NCBI GenBank assembly: GCA_016748015.1
Contig: JAAOMT010000305.1
Location: 33,687 to 97,686, forward strand
Direction of reading: 5' to 3'
Length of the DNA: 64,000 nucleotides
Source: Geosiphon pyriformis uo1
Taxonomy: Eukaryota; Fungi; Glomeromycota
The translations under genes and the position numbers were made by a program. Positions 13,980-27,562 of this stretch are shown here, piece by piece (the stretch's first letter is position 1; the number at the start of each line of letters is the position of its first letter). The notes under the pieces are model-generated. The model did not search any database. It was given only the letters and a program-made list of their open reading frames with translations, and was not told where the DNA came from.

Positions 13980-16900
13980 TTATTTCTTCTTTTTAATATT
14001 AAGCTTTGTCAAGATTTCTTATATCTTCTAACTTTCTATCTTTGATTAATTTTTGAATTTTTTTTTTGAAAATTACTTGGATTATTTTAATCTGTAATTT
14101 TTTAAATTAAATATTAATTATTTTACCCAATTAGTTGACAATAATAATATTTATTACTAGATTAAGTAGTATTGCTAATTGATCTTGAAATCTTGTGTAT
14201 AGTTAATATATAATTCATGTCTATGTAAACAGATTGTTTTTTTTCACAAATTGTTTAAGTTGTTGTAGTATTGTTGTATTAAATAACTATTTTGTTTTAT
14301 TTGTATATAAATTTTAAATGTCTAGGTTTTGTCCTAAGTAATAATAATAAAAGTTTTTTGGAAATTATTGTATCCACCAATTCCATGTTTTTTTTGTCAA
14401 TTTTTAGTAAAATACAACTGTTTTTGGTATTTCTATTAATAATTTTACTTTTGTTATTATCTTGTCTATAGTGTTTTTTAATTTTTTGTGCACTTTATAT
14501 TGGGTTTTCTTTTTATTATCTTTGTATTAAATAATTTATTAATTAATTGTGATTTTCAGGTTTATTTGTTGAATCAGTTAGAATAGTTGTTGTATAAGTA
14601 AATGGATATTATCAGTAATTTCTATCTTTTATTATTGCTTTTGGTCACATATATTGTGTTTTTATATATTATTCTGGTTGATCAATTTGATGTGTTTGTA
14701 TTGATAATTATAATTGGTTTTGGATCTTATAAAATCTCATTTGGTTGGATTAATACTTATTGTACTCTCAACTGTAGATATTACTAATAGATAATAATAC
14801 TGTCTTGTAATATGGTTTCAATCAATCTTTATGTGCTGCTTTAGCTAAAATTTTGTTGTTCTATCTTAATTTATAAGCTTTATTTCCTAGAATTTTTTCT
14901 ATGTAAAATAGTCTGTTCCATTTGGGATCAAGTTTTCTACTTTATTGTTTTTCTGCTTTGGTATAATATAAGAGTACTTTGTCTTCAATCCTGAATTCAA
15001 CTGGTTTATCTGATAACTGGTTATCATGTTGTTTTTTTGGTTTTTTTTGTAACTTTTAAATGTTATTAGCTGCTCTTTATCTTTTGTTTTCTAGAGTTTT
15101 TATTAGTTTATATGTTTTTTTTAGCAATGTTTTTTGTAAATTGGCTTTTGTTATTGGTTTTGTTGGATATGTGTTAATATCTATCTCAACTGATAATATT
15201 GCTGTTTTACTATAAACAAGTTTAAATAGTATTGTTTGTATGGTATCTTATTTCATTGTCTGATAAGCAGATAATACTAATAATATAAACAAATCTTATT
15301 TATTCTGGTTATTTTGACTGATTTTGGTAATTGTTTTACACAATGTTTATTGAACTTTTCTACTAAACTGTTTGTTTATGAATTATATAATAATAATAAT
15401 GGTCTTTAGATTCTAAATCTTTGGCTTAATTCTGTTAATGTTTTGTTTACAAAGTGAATTCTTTGATTTAATAACAATTTTTTTGGACATCTGTGTTAAC
15501 AAATCAAATTTTGGTAAACAAATTTGGTTATAGATTCTGCATTTGCTCTTTGAATTGCTTTTGCCTCTGGTTATTTTATAAGATAGTCTATAACTACTAC
15601 TATATAACAATTGTCTTTGCTAATTATTGTTAATGATTTGACTAAGTTAATTCTAATTCTATCAAATAGTTGTCTCACTTTAAGTGGTTTTAATAATTTA
15701 CTGGGTCTTGTTTCTCCACTTTTCTGACAAGCATCATAATTTTGAACATATTAGATGATATTTGAATATATTCATGGCCAATAATATCTTTTTTTGATTC
15801 TTTCTATGGTTGTTTTTTTATGAAAATGTTCTACTGTTAAATTTGAGCACATGTTGTATAGTATTGTTTTTTTTTTTGGTTTTGTAATTATTCTGAATAG
15901 TTAATCTGTATTCTTTCTGTTTTTTTAATATAATATATTTTGGTAAATGATAAAATATTTTAATTGTTGTTTTATGTTGTTTCATTCTTTTTGAAATAAT
16001 TTTTTCTTAAACTGTTGAGTATTAATATAGTGTTAAAGTTGTTAATATTTTTGTGTGTCTATTTTTTTGTTATATTTTTGGGTTAAAATGTTCTTAAATT
16101 TGTTTTATTTATAACAAACTGTTAGCATTTCCATTTTCTTTTCCCTTTTTATAATGTACTGTATATTTAAATAATAAAAGTTCTATTTTTCATTTGACAT
16201 AACAGTTATTTTCAAATTCTTGCTTTTGGATTAATGTTAATTCTTTGTGATCAGTGTATATTTCAAATTTCTGGCTTAAATATTTTTTTCATTTCATGAC
16301 TGCTTAATAGATTGTTAAGTGTTTTAGTGCTGGTATTCTATAATTTTTTTCAACTGAACTTAAACTTTGGCTAGTGTATACTACTAAATATTCTTATCTA
16401 TTTTGTTCTTTCTGAAATAATACTGCTCTTAATGCTTGACCTGATGTATTAATAGTGATAATGAATGGTTTGTTGTAATCTAAATAGATTAGTACTAATG
16501 CTTAAATAAGCTTTCTTTTCAATATATCAAAAGCTTCTTGTTGGGTTTCAGTTTATTTATATTTCATGTTTTTTGCTTGGAGTTGATGGAGTAGTTGAGC
16601 CAGTTTGAAAAAGCTTTAAATAAAGCAGCAGTAGTATTCAGCAAATCTCAAAAATGCTTTTAATTCTGGAAGATTTGTTGATACTGAAAAATTCTTGACA
16701 ATTTCTATTTTGTCTAAATCCATCTTGATGTTATTTTTGCTTATAACATGTCCCAAAAATTTCAGTTCTGTTTTGCCAAAAAAGCACTTGATAGTATTTA
16801 GTTTTAGCTTTACTCATTTCAATCTCTCAAACACTTGCTATAGATGATGTAAATGATCATTAAATGTTTTTGAAAATATATTGATATTATCTAAATAAAC

Positions 16901-19900
16901 AACTACTGATTTCTATAGTAGTCTAGTATAAACAATTTTTATGAGCTGTTAAAACATGGCTGGTATATTGGTTAAGCCAAATAACATAACATTAAATTCA
17001 AAATTTCACTCTCTGATAGTAAATGTAGTTTTCTCTTTGTTAACTGGATTTATGATTACTTGTCAGTAACTATTATCTAAGTCTAGTGTTGAGAGCTATT
17101 TCTTCTTTTCAAAAGCATCAAATAATTTTTGAATCTGGGAGTTGGATAATTGTCTTCACAAGTAACACTGTTGAATTTTCTGTAATTTACACAAAAGTGA
17201 ATTTTTCTATTTTTTTTATAGACTAATACTACTGGTAATAATTATGAACTCATTGATGATTAAATTAATGCATTGTCTAACATCTGGATGATTTTTTGTC
17301 AGATAATTTTATGGCTTGTTGATAATACTTTGTATGCTCTTTGTTTAATTGGCATTGTATTTCAAGTTTTGATCTGGTGCTAGATAATGTCAGTTCTACC
17401 AAATTCATTTTTACTTGTAAAAATATTAGTGAAATTGTTAAGTAATATTTTGAGTTGTATTCATTAAAGTGAGTTTAAATTTTCTAAGTTCATTTGTTCT
17501 AATTAATCTGGTTGGAGCAAATAACATTCTTTTTATTTGTATATAGTTTGTAATATAATATTCACATATTCACACAGTTGTGGAAAATCTGGAATGGTAT
17601 TTGGTAGTTAGTTTTCAACTTTAATGCTTAAATATCTAATGGTTGTTTTACTTGGTATTTTAATAATGTTTTTTATTATATTATAGATAAAGATTTTGAT
17701 GTGTTTATTATTTTTAGCTGATATATAAAAATTGGTGACAACAATCTCTCCTAATTTACAAATAGTTGGTTTTATTTTAAAAATCTGGGGCTGATCTCTT
17801 ATTTTTTTTTCTATAATTATTAAATACTGGTTATATAGTAAAATAGAAATTGATTGACTGGTAGAAATAATTTTTCTCTTGTCAATGACTTTTTTCTCTA
17901 TCATATTAACTGGTATATTTATTTTATTTATTGATCTAAATCTATTTTTTTCTCTTGTTGTAATCTCTAACTCTTTTCTTGTTTTTACTAACACTAACTA
18001 AGCTATTTTCACCAGAGATAAAAATAATGCCTGTGCTATCTTTTTATTTAGTTCAATAATATATGGTTTTTCTAAATTATTTTGTAGTATCGCAATAATA
18101 TTTTCTATATATTCTGCATTAATTATTTTTCTTCTAATATTGATTCTCTTTTTTGATAAACTAGATCTAAATGTTAATTAAACTATGATTGTTACTAGAA
18201 TTTCCAGTGCTAATTTCAGATTTATATAAGTGTATAAATAGGATTTTAATTTGATGACATCTTTTTCTGGATATCTCAAATCAAATTTTGCATTGGTATT
18301 ATGTGCTTTTTCTGGTATAATACTTTCATTGTTATCACTAAACTATTTTAGTTCTTGCTCCATCAACAGATTTAAGAGCATAATATATTGTTTGGAGTTA
18401 TAATCGGAGTTTGAATCATTATTATTATTCCTATTATAAATAAAGTTGGAACTATTATTGTTATTATCATCAAAGTCTGAATTAAAATTAAGTTTTAATT
18501 TCAATTTTACTGCACATTTACTGATTAGTTCTTTTTCTTTAGGAATCAAATAGATTATGTATAATAATAGATTGTAGATAAGATCACAATTATTACAATA
18601 TTGAAAGTTACATAATATTAAACAATAGTTACATAGTTAGGTGTTTAGCTTTTCTAACCATTGCTTCTGCTCTTCTTTAGTGAATGTTAATTCTTGATAG
18701 TGTTCATAGAATTGTTCTGAATTTATAATGTCAAAGATAGTATTAAAGTTTGGGACCTAATTGATCTTTTCTGGTTTTAGTGGATTGTTTTTAATAATTT
18801 TAATTTCTTCTTGAGTCATGTTTTTGATTTTGGTGATTGTTATTCTTTAGATTTCATCATCATTATGTGAACAACTGTCCAAATATTTTACAGTTCTTCT
18901 TTAAGTAGTGTTTATTAGTGTTTCTTTTTTTACTTAATTATTAATTAAAATTGTGTACTGATATGATTTATTATATGTTCTTCTATGACCAAAAATATTG
19001 GTTCACATTTTTTTATCTAGGAAAGTTATTTCACAAACAAAGCATGAATTGTCAATTTCTTTGTTTTTTTGGTCATCTAAAGTACTTAAAAATACATAGA
19101 TGACAAAAATATTTTGTTGCTGTTGGCCATTTTTTATTATTGTTATAACATGCATCTATTGTTAACAATTTCTTGTTACAATTAATACAAATTAGCTTAA
19201 GTTGATGATAATTTGGCTAATATTGAAAGATATTAGTGTATAGTATATATGTAGAGATGTTTCCTTGGAATTTTTTTTTTCCCTTTCTTTTCTTTTTCTC
19301 TTTTCTTCTTATGTAGGTACTAGTAGTAATTTGTTGTGTTCTTTTTTAGTTCAAAATACCTAATATGTTTCCCAAGTAGGTTTTTTTTCTTCTCTCTCAA
19401 ACTTAATTAGTGGCTGTTTGTTGGTGGTAGTCTTGAAATAACCACAAATGGCTGGTACTTAAATGTTTTGATATTCTAGTTGAGCATGGCATTGGTTTTG
19501 AACAGCCAGTTATTACCAACTAATGTTTAGTACTGGGTGGCTTCTATAACAAGAATTTTTATGGGTATAGTAATGCCATTGACTTCAAAAGAAAAGTTAT
19601 CATTCTTATTAATAAGCAGTTTTGTTGTTTTATCAGCAGTAATAATTCTGGTGTTGGCAGTGTAATTAATTCAGCAACCTAATTGGTTTATGAGTTGTCA
19701 GGTAATAATGCTGCCTATTAATCCACTATTAAAGATCAGTTTGATGGATTAACTATCAACTTTGGCATCAGTATATATTGTGATAATAAATTTTGTATCA
19801 AGAACAGCTCTATTAAATAATAATGTTAAGATTGACTCTTCTAATTCAAAAAAAAAATAGTGACAAGCAATTCATTTTCTGTGCTGGCAGTAAATAGAAT

Positions 19901-22329
19901 ATTGTTAGTAAATATTGTTTGATTGGCTTTTGGATTGTTTGTTTGGCTGTTTTCTGAATTGACAAGTAGATTTAAATAGTGTTAAGTGTTTATGTTTTGG
20001 GCATAATTAGTTTTTGTATTTTGCTGTTATAATTCAGATTGTTGAATTGCTAAACTGGAGATTAGTTAATGCATTACTATTACCAATCTTTAATTCTGAT
20101 GAGTTTAAGTCATTCTTGGTCTTTGGCTTCTATTTTGAAGTAAGTTTTAGGGCTGAGTTTGAATTGGTTGCAATTGGTATATGACTTGTGATTACAGCTA
20201 ATAAATGGTTTATGGCTGCTGCTGATAGATAACTGGTGCTGGAGTTTGATATATTGGAGGTAAGTATATTTGTTGCATTATTAGTGGATAATAAAATTAA
20301 TATGGTTTTTGATTCTGGATATAATTCGGAGTTTGGGACCAACAATCAGAGTTTTGATATTAATTGTCTGATTATTAATTATTTGAACTTAATAAGCAAC
20401 TTATTTATAAGTGTTTTTGTTTACTATAATAATGGCAAATACATGTTTTTTGTGGCCATTGTTGGTTTGATAACAATAAATGTAACTAATTCTGGATTTG
20501 ATTAGAACTTTTTGGATTTGTATGCTGTTGTGACAGTTAATAAATAATCTAATTATTGTTAGCTAAGTATTTTTCTAATTTTTAATTAATAAATTTAGTA
20601 AATTGTTTCAGTTTTAAATCCAAGTCAGATTACTAGATTAATGGCTTGGACATAGTTAGCTTTTAGTTCAGTTGATTCAAAATTTCTGGTGTGATTGACT
20701 GCAACTTGAAGTGTATTTGGGTGTATTAGATATACTTGTTGCAATAAACTGCTATATAAGTCTTAGATAAATTGATTCAATATCTGTGGTGCTGTAAAAT
20801 AGTTAGTTTTAATTGTCTGAATTTGTTGCAGATTTTTATAGAAATATTTTAAATAAATGGTAACTGCTTTAATATCTCCTTGTTTGATTGTGGTAAAGCT
20901 AGTGACTAGGTAATTGATTCTGTTATAATTGCTAAAATATTGTAGGAACACAACTTTAAATGTATTAAAATTTTGTGGTTTGTTTACAAGATTTTGATAT
21001 TATGAATTGGCTGTATCTTGAAGAAAATATAGAATTGTCTAAAGGATTCTAGCATTGTTCCAGTTATTAGCTACAATTGCTTTAGTAATATTGTTTAATT
21101 ATGCTTGGATATCATTCTCTTTGTTGATAAATTTTTTGATTTTGGCAATTGGTCTATAGACTATTTGTTGTAGTGATTACTAAAATTGTAGTGGTTATTA
21201 GTAAGCAATTATTGATGCAATAAGTGATAGATTTATTACAATTATTGAAGATAAGTTTTGAGAAACAATAAAAGCTAGGTTTAAATTTTTTGGGTTTTGC
21301 TGATTTTGAACAATCAGAGTTTGAATTTTCAGATTTTCTGAGATCAGGTTTTGATTATTAACTTCTTGATCACTATCTTCCTCTTTTTCAGATTTGGTTA
21401 TTTCCCAAGAACTAGTAGTTCTGAAATCTGGTTGTGGTAAGAGTGATCAATATTTTGATGACATTACTGATTGTAAATTAAATTCTTCAAAATATTTGCC
21501 ATAAGTTCTTAATAATTTAGCTTTTTTTTGTTTATTTTGAAATAAGATTTTGGCTAATGGTATTTTTGTGTTTAATGTAGATGTACCTGCTGCTGTAATG
21601 TTGATTGTACTTCTTGGTATGTGGTGATATTATGGATTAATTGGTGATTCAACTCTTGGTTTCTTCTAAGTAGATAGTTGTATCAGTTTTGGTGTTTCTG
21701 CTGATGTTTGTAATCTTCCTTTTTCTTTGTCTGTGAAGATGATAGAAAATTTCTGTTTAGTGTATTTTTCAATTTCTCTGTTTATTTCTGTAATTAGTGG
21801 TGCAAATAATTAATTTTATGACAGTATGATGCTTTGGAGTAGTTTATTAAAAAAATGTTGAACACAGATTCTGGATCTCTTTAATCTTCCAAATAATATA
21901 CAATTCTTTTGTTAATGTAACAATTAAAAGCTAATTCTGCTGGCCAATTATTATTTGTCAATTCAAGATAAAGATAATAATATTAAAATAAGGTTTTAGC
22001 AAATTTCAAGTGGTTTGTTTCTATTACTTTTAATTTTGTTACTGTTTCTGATAGTTGTTGTTAATATTAGTTTTCTGTTGAATTATATCTTATAGAGAGT
22101 ACCAAATATTACAGATAATTATTTGGATAGGTAAAATAAATAACAAACTCATAATTTGGTGCTTAATTAATATAATAGTATTAGTTTTTAAAGGTTTTTG
22201 TATCTAAAGATTTTTATATTTGAAGGTTTTATTAGAGTTTTTTGTATAATAAACAAAGATTCAATAGTTGTGTTAGTAGTTTCCTGAAATTGAAATTTTA
22301 TCAAATTTCTTTTTCAATATGATAGCCAA

Positions 22330-23194
22330 TGTTATTCATAAAAAAAAATCAGATATAGAAAATAGTAGACCAATAAGAAAATAGTAATTAGCACATGAAC
22401 ACATTGCTCAGCAATATAGAACAATGTCAGAAATTATGGCATATTGCTCAGCAATGTGAAGTAATATTAAAAAATTAAGGCACATTGCTTAAGAAATCAT
22501 AGCACATTGCTTGGGAATATGAACAATCTCATAGAACATAAATTAGGTATATATAGCAGTAGTATTAGAAGCAGAAAAGACAGACCTCTCAGTTTAGACT
22601 TGATCTAAGCAACTTTCACATCATAAATATTAATAAATAATTATTCACTATTTCAAATCTACTCCACTATCAACACTCTATGTTGATAGAAATTGATACT
22701 TAATCATACTAGAACAATAGCTCTTGATCATGGCTATTAACAAGATACTAACATTTATTGTCTTGGCTTATTTCTTTATTTTCTTTTATTTTTTTTGTTA
22801 TTTCTTTTTGTTTTGCTAATTGATTAAAAAAGAGTAAGCACTGAATTATTGATGTTAAGGATAGTCTGATAAAAGACTCCAAAGGAAGGGTATAAAGTTT
22901 GATAATTTAAGGATAGCTTACCAGAAGGGCATCTCTATCAGATTATTGGCCACCATGTTGAGAAAAAAATTTGATAGAATTGCAATTCCAAAAAGCTACT
23001 GAAAAAACAATTATTGAATCTCTGTTCATTATACAAAAAACTTAACAATCCAATTTTCAGATTATTAATACCTTCAAATTAACACAAACCTTCAGATACA
23101 AACAACTTACAAATATTACCAATTATCAAATCAATTGAGCACCAAGTTATGGGTTTGTTATTTGATTTGAGACCCCAAATAATTACCTGTAACA
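22330..23194 (+). repeat. 5' LTR of element B
   Basis: TGTTAT...CCTGTAACA; direct repeat of 31513-32356. Confidence 0.93.
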
Positions 23195-23196
23195 TT

Positions 23197-23213
23197 TGGT
23201 GCTCCTTGTAAAA
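23197..23213 (+). promoter_or_regulatory. Primer-binding site of element B
   Basis: TGGTGCTCCTTGTAAAA, 2 nt after the LTR. Equivalents: A TGGTGCTTTCTGTAAAG, C TGGTACTCTCTATAAGA. Confidence 0.8.
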
Positions 23214-26200
23214 TATAATTCTACAGAGAATCAGCACCAACAACAATCATCTAAAAGTGGCAAAATCAGAAATAATAGGAACAAATTATTTAAGATTTGC
23301 TAAATTCTTATTTCAACAATACAGCCAACAATTGGGCCTAACCAACAATTATTATCCAGCAGAATTAGCTTTTAATTTCTATGTCAACAAAAAAATTACA
23401 GATTTCCTAGGAAGACCAATTGACATTGAATCAGCAAGAGAAAATTTCTATACAAAATTAATCCAACACACTAGCTTATCACAAAATTACAGTTTCACAC
23501 CAATCATTAGAGAAATTAATCAAAAAATTGAAAGATACACTCAACAACAATTCCCTATTACCTATGCAAATAAGAGTAAAAAAAAATTATAAACATCAAC
23601 AGCAACACCAAAAGAAATACAATTACAAACATAGAAAAAGCAAAAAATTGAATTTTTATTATATCCATCATATCATCATACACCTAAAAGCATCATCAAT
23701 ATCACATCAACAAGTGCATTTATATCAAACATGACATCAACATTTGGATGATTACTATTTTAAAATAAACAAAAAAAAGCGAAATTATTAAGAACCTACA
23801 ACAATTACTTTGAAGAATTTAAATTGTGATTACCAATGCCATCAGGATTCTAATTACCACCACCTCCAACAGATTTTGAAACTGCAAGTCTTTGGGAGAT
23901 AACAGCATCAGAAGAAGAGGAAAAAGAAGATCAAGAATTTAATTATCAAAATCTAATTGTGTAAAATCCAGAAGTTGAAACTCCGAATATTCAAACTTAG
24001 CAAACCCAGAACAATCCAATCCCCATGTTAATTAATTAGCAAAACTTATTTTCAGAAATTGTTATCAATCAACAACTAATTGATTTAATTGCCAAACAAC
24101 TTCAATAGTCAATATCTTTTTAACAACTGCAACAACTAAACATGAATTCAATAATCTATGTCTTAATAGCCAAACTCAAAAAGTTCATGGGCAAAAAAAA
24201 TGATGCCCAAGTATGGCTCAATAATGTGGAAAAAGCTATTGCAGCCAATGAATAGAATGATGCATGAGCCATACAAGTCATTTTATATTTTCTCCAAGAT
24301 ACTACCAACTTGTAATATCAAAACTTAGTTAACAAACCTTAAGATTTTAATACATTTAAGCTTGCATTTTTACAATATTTCAGCAATAATAATAGCATCA
24401 ACTGATTAATCAACACTTTCACCACCATCAAGCAAAAAGAAAATGAAGCAGTCACTACTTACTTGGGATACTTCTACAGAAATCTGCATCAAATTCAAGC
24501 AATACAGGCTGATTATTTTACAGCACCACAAATTCTAAACCAATTCATTAGAGGTCTGCACAGTAACATCCTCCAATATGTACACCAATTGCATCCAGCA
24601 GATCTTCAAGCCACTATTACAAACACCAGAAATTTTAAGACAGCTGAACTCGAAACCAACCATTCCAAGCTGTAAATTTAGTAATGAACAGATCATCTAA
24701 CTTGGATTCTAAATTGAAGCAATTCAGTGAATCAATCAATCAGAAATTAAAGGGATACTTAGCTAACAACAATCAGACAATTTATTAACCTCTTCAATGA
24801 TACAATAATTAAGAAAACTTTAATTGTGTTCAAAATTAACTATGTTTAACATCGTCAACCAATTACCAGTGGCAGTAGAAAACACATGTCTGCCACTATT
24901 GTGATAAACAAAAACATTTGCAATTTGAATGTTGCAAAAAGATATGCAACCAATGATTAAGTAATCAGTATTAAAACTCTGATTGCCAACTTCAAACTCA
25001 AAATTACATTAGTAATCAATCACCAAAACAATATCAATCTCAATTACATTACTCTCTAGTAATACAGCCAATTTATCAAACCCCAATAACACAGCAATTA
25101 TACTCATCTCTAGTATATTAGTTTCTAGCATCAATTTATCAACCAACAACACTCATAATCTATCAATTATTGTAGCCACAAGTAATCTATCAGGCATCAG
25201 CAATCTTAACCCCAAACTCAGCTTCAATGACATCAGAAAATCTCAGACCAAGGGTTACTCAAAACTGGAGATTGACAATAATTGTTCATCAACCAATTCC
25301 CAGTTCATCCACCCAGTAGTCAGGATCATGGCAGTGGAGTTCAGAAACTAGATATACCCAAAACCTGAATTTCCAGAACTATGGTAATTCCAGAAAATGC
25401 CTTATCCAACAACACAGAACCCAACCAAAAACAACTACTCACCAGCAACATTCCTTCAGCCACTGTTACTAATGATGAATTACTCACAGCTATCTTTCTG
25501 TTCAAACTTGAGGAACTGACATTCATGCTCTTGTTCAGTAAAGTCACACTTGAGAAAAAACCAATTACTGTTATATACACTGATGCCAAAATTGATAGCT
25601 ATTCTATCAAGCTCATTCTTGATAGTGGGTCAGTAGGCAGCATTATCACATAACAACTTATAAACCAATTAGGTTATCAAGTTGATTATGCTGCCAGTGC
25701 TAGAATCATAACAGCCAATGGGGCAACCAAAACTCCAATTGGTGAGATTGATGACCTTTTCATAGAAGTTAATGGCATCATTATACAAATCAAGATATTA
25801 GTTATAGAAGTCACTTAAGCACTTGTTAGTAATAACTGGTTGTTCAAAACCAATATGATACTCAATTAGAATGTACAAAAGCTCTAACTTAGCCAAAATG
25901 GTTAACACATACATATATCAGCCATGTGTAATCACTTTAAGTCTATCATTACACCATTAGCACTTCTTATCAAGTTTAACAACAAAGAAGAAAAACCTAC
26001 CTGAGAAGCTTACCAAGTCTTTTGAACTGATACCAACCACAATAAATTACTGCTAATATTATCATAAGATGACAAAAGAAAGGAAAAAAGAAAAGAAAAA
26101 CCTATCTGGGAAACCAACTGAAGTTATTGGAATAATAATGACCAAAGTGAATGGCCACTAATTTAAACTTGAGAAGAAAAAAGAAAAGGAAGAAAAAAAG

Positions 26201-27164
26201 TAAATGAAAGCATACAAGCTACTATCTCTATATATATTCTATACACAGCACCCCAACTACAAGCCAATTATCATTGGCCCAAGATAATATGCATCAATTG
26301 TGGCAAAAAATTGTCCACAATGGGCACATGCTGTAATGATGATAAGGAATAGTAAACTGCAACAAAGTTCTATTGCTAACCATGCATTCTTGAACATTTT
26401 GACCAACCAAAGAGACAAAGAAAATGGAATAATGAGTCATGTTTCACTTGTGAAGAGACTCTTTTAGACAAAAAAATATAGAACAACATTTTTGGATAAG
26501 GGAGAATATGCAACAATTGTGTCAGTACACAATCCTAATAAATAACTGGGTAAGAAAAAAAACGCCCATAGAAGCTGCCTGGAGACAAACAATCAAACAT
26601 TAAACAGTTGTCTACACAATGATAATAAAATCTGGCAAATAGCACTTGCCAAAATCGAAGAAGAGTCACCAGAAGAAATAAGAATGATAAAAAATAACTT
26701 ATCAGAACCCATAAAACTTGACTGGGGTCCAAACCAAAATATTATCCTCAAGCCTGTGGACCCAGAACAATTCCACAAGCACTATCAAAAATTAGCACTC
26801 ACTAGAAAAGAACAAGAGCAATGATTAGAAGAAATAAACACAAGACTATGTAACTATTATTTAATCCTATATGATTTTTAGTATTGTAATGAATGTGACC
26901 TTATCTACAATTCACTACCATGCATGATCTACACAATTCCAGAGAAAGATAAACCAATTAGCAGCTGTGCATCAGAATTGGAATCAACTTTCAATTCCAA
27001 TTCAAACTCTGACAATGACAACAACAAAAACAATAGTTCCAGCTCTGCTCAATATGGCAACAAAAATAACTACAATTTGGACTTTGATTCAAACCTTAAA
27101 ACATCTATTGCACTTCCTGATCTTTCCAAAGAGCAGAAACTGAAATAATTTAGTAATAATGATG

Positions 27165-27562
27165 AAAATATCATGCCAGAATGCATATATGATACTGATG
27201 TTGGGTTTAATCTAAGATATTTAGAGAAGAATACTATCAAATTAGAACCACATTTGCATACATGCATTGATCTTAAAATAGCACTGGAAATTCTAGTAAC
27301 AATAATAATTTAACTAGCATTAAAAAATAGTTTAGTAAAGAAGAGAATCAACATCAGAGAAGAAATAATTAACACAGGATGTAAAAAAAATCATTGTAAT
27401 ATTACAAAATGATTCAGAAAAGACCTATATTATAGAGCCAAATAAAAAGATAACACAGGCAATATTCCTGCTTTTGGTTAAAATAGCTTAATTAGTATTA
27501 GTGGGAAACAGAGAAAAATTAGAAATTACAGCTAAAGGGATACAGAATTTCGGATCTACAAG
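27165..27562 (+). pseudogene. dUTPase domain within pol of element B (homologues: A ~34880-35280, C ~17935-18335)
   Basis: The three copies together give all five trimeric-dUTPase motifs. I: DTDVGFNLRY / NTNAKFDLRYP. II: RSSL. III: IINTG / IINAEY. IV: KIAQ. V: KGIQNFGST / KGFGS. Confidence 0.88.
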
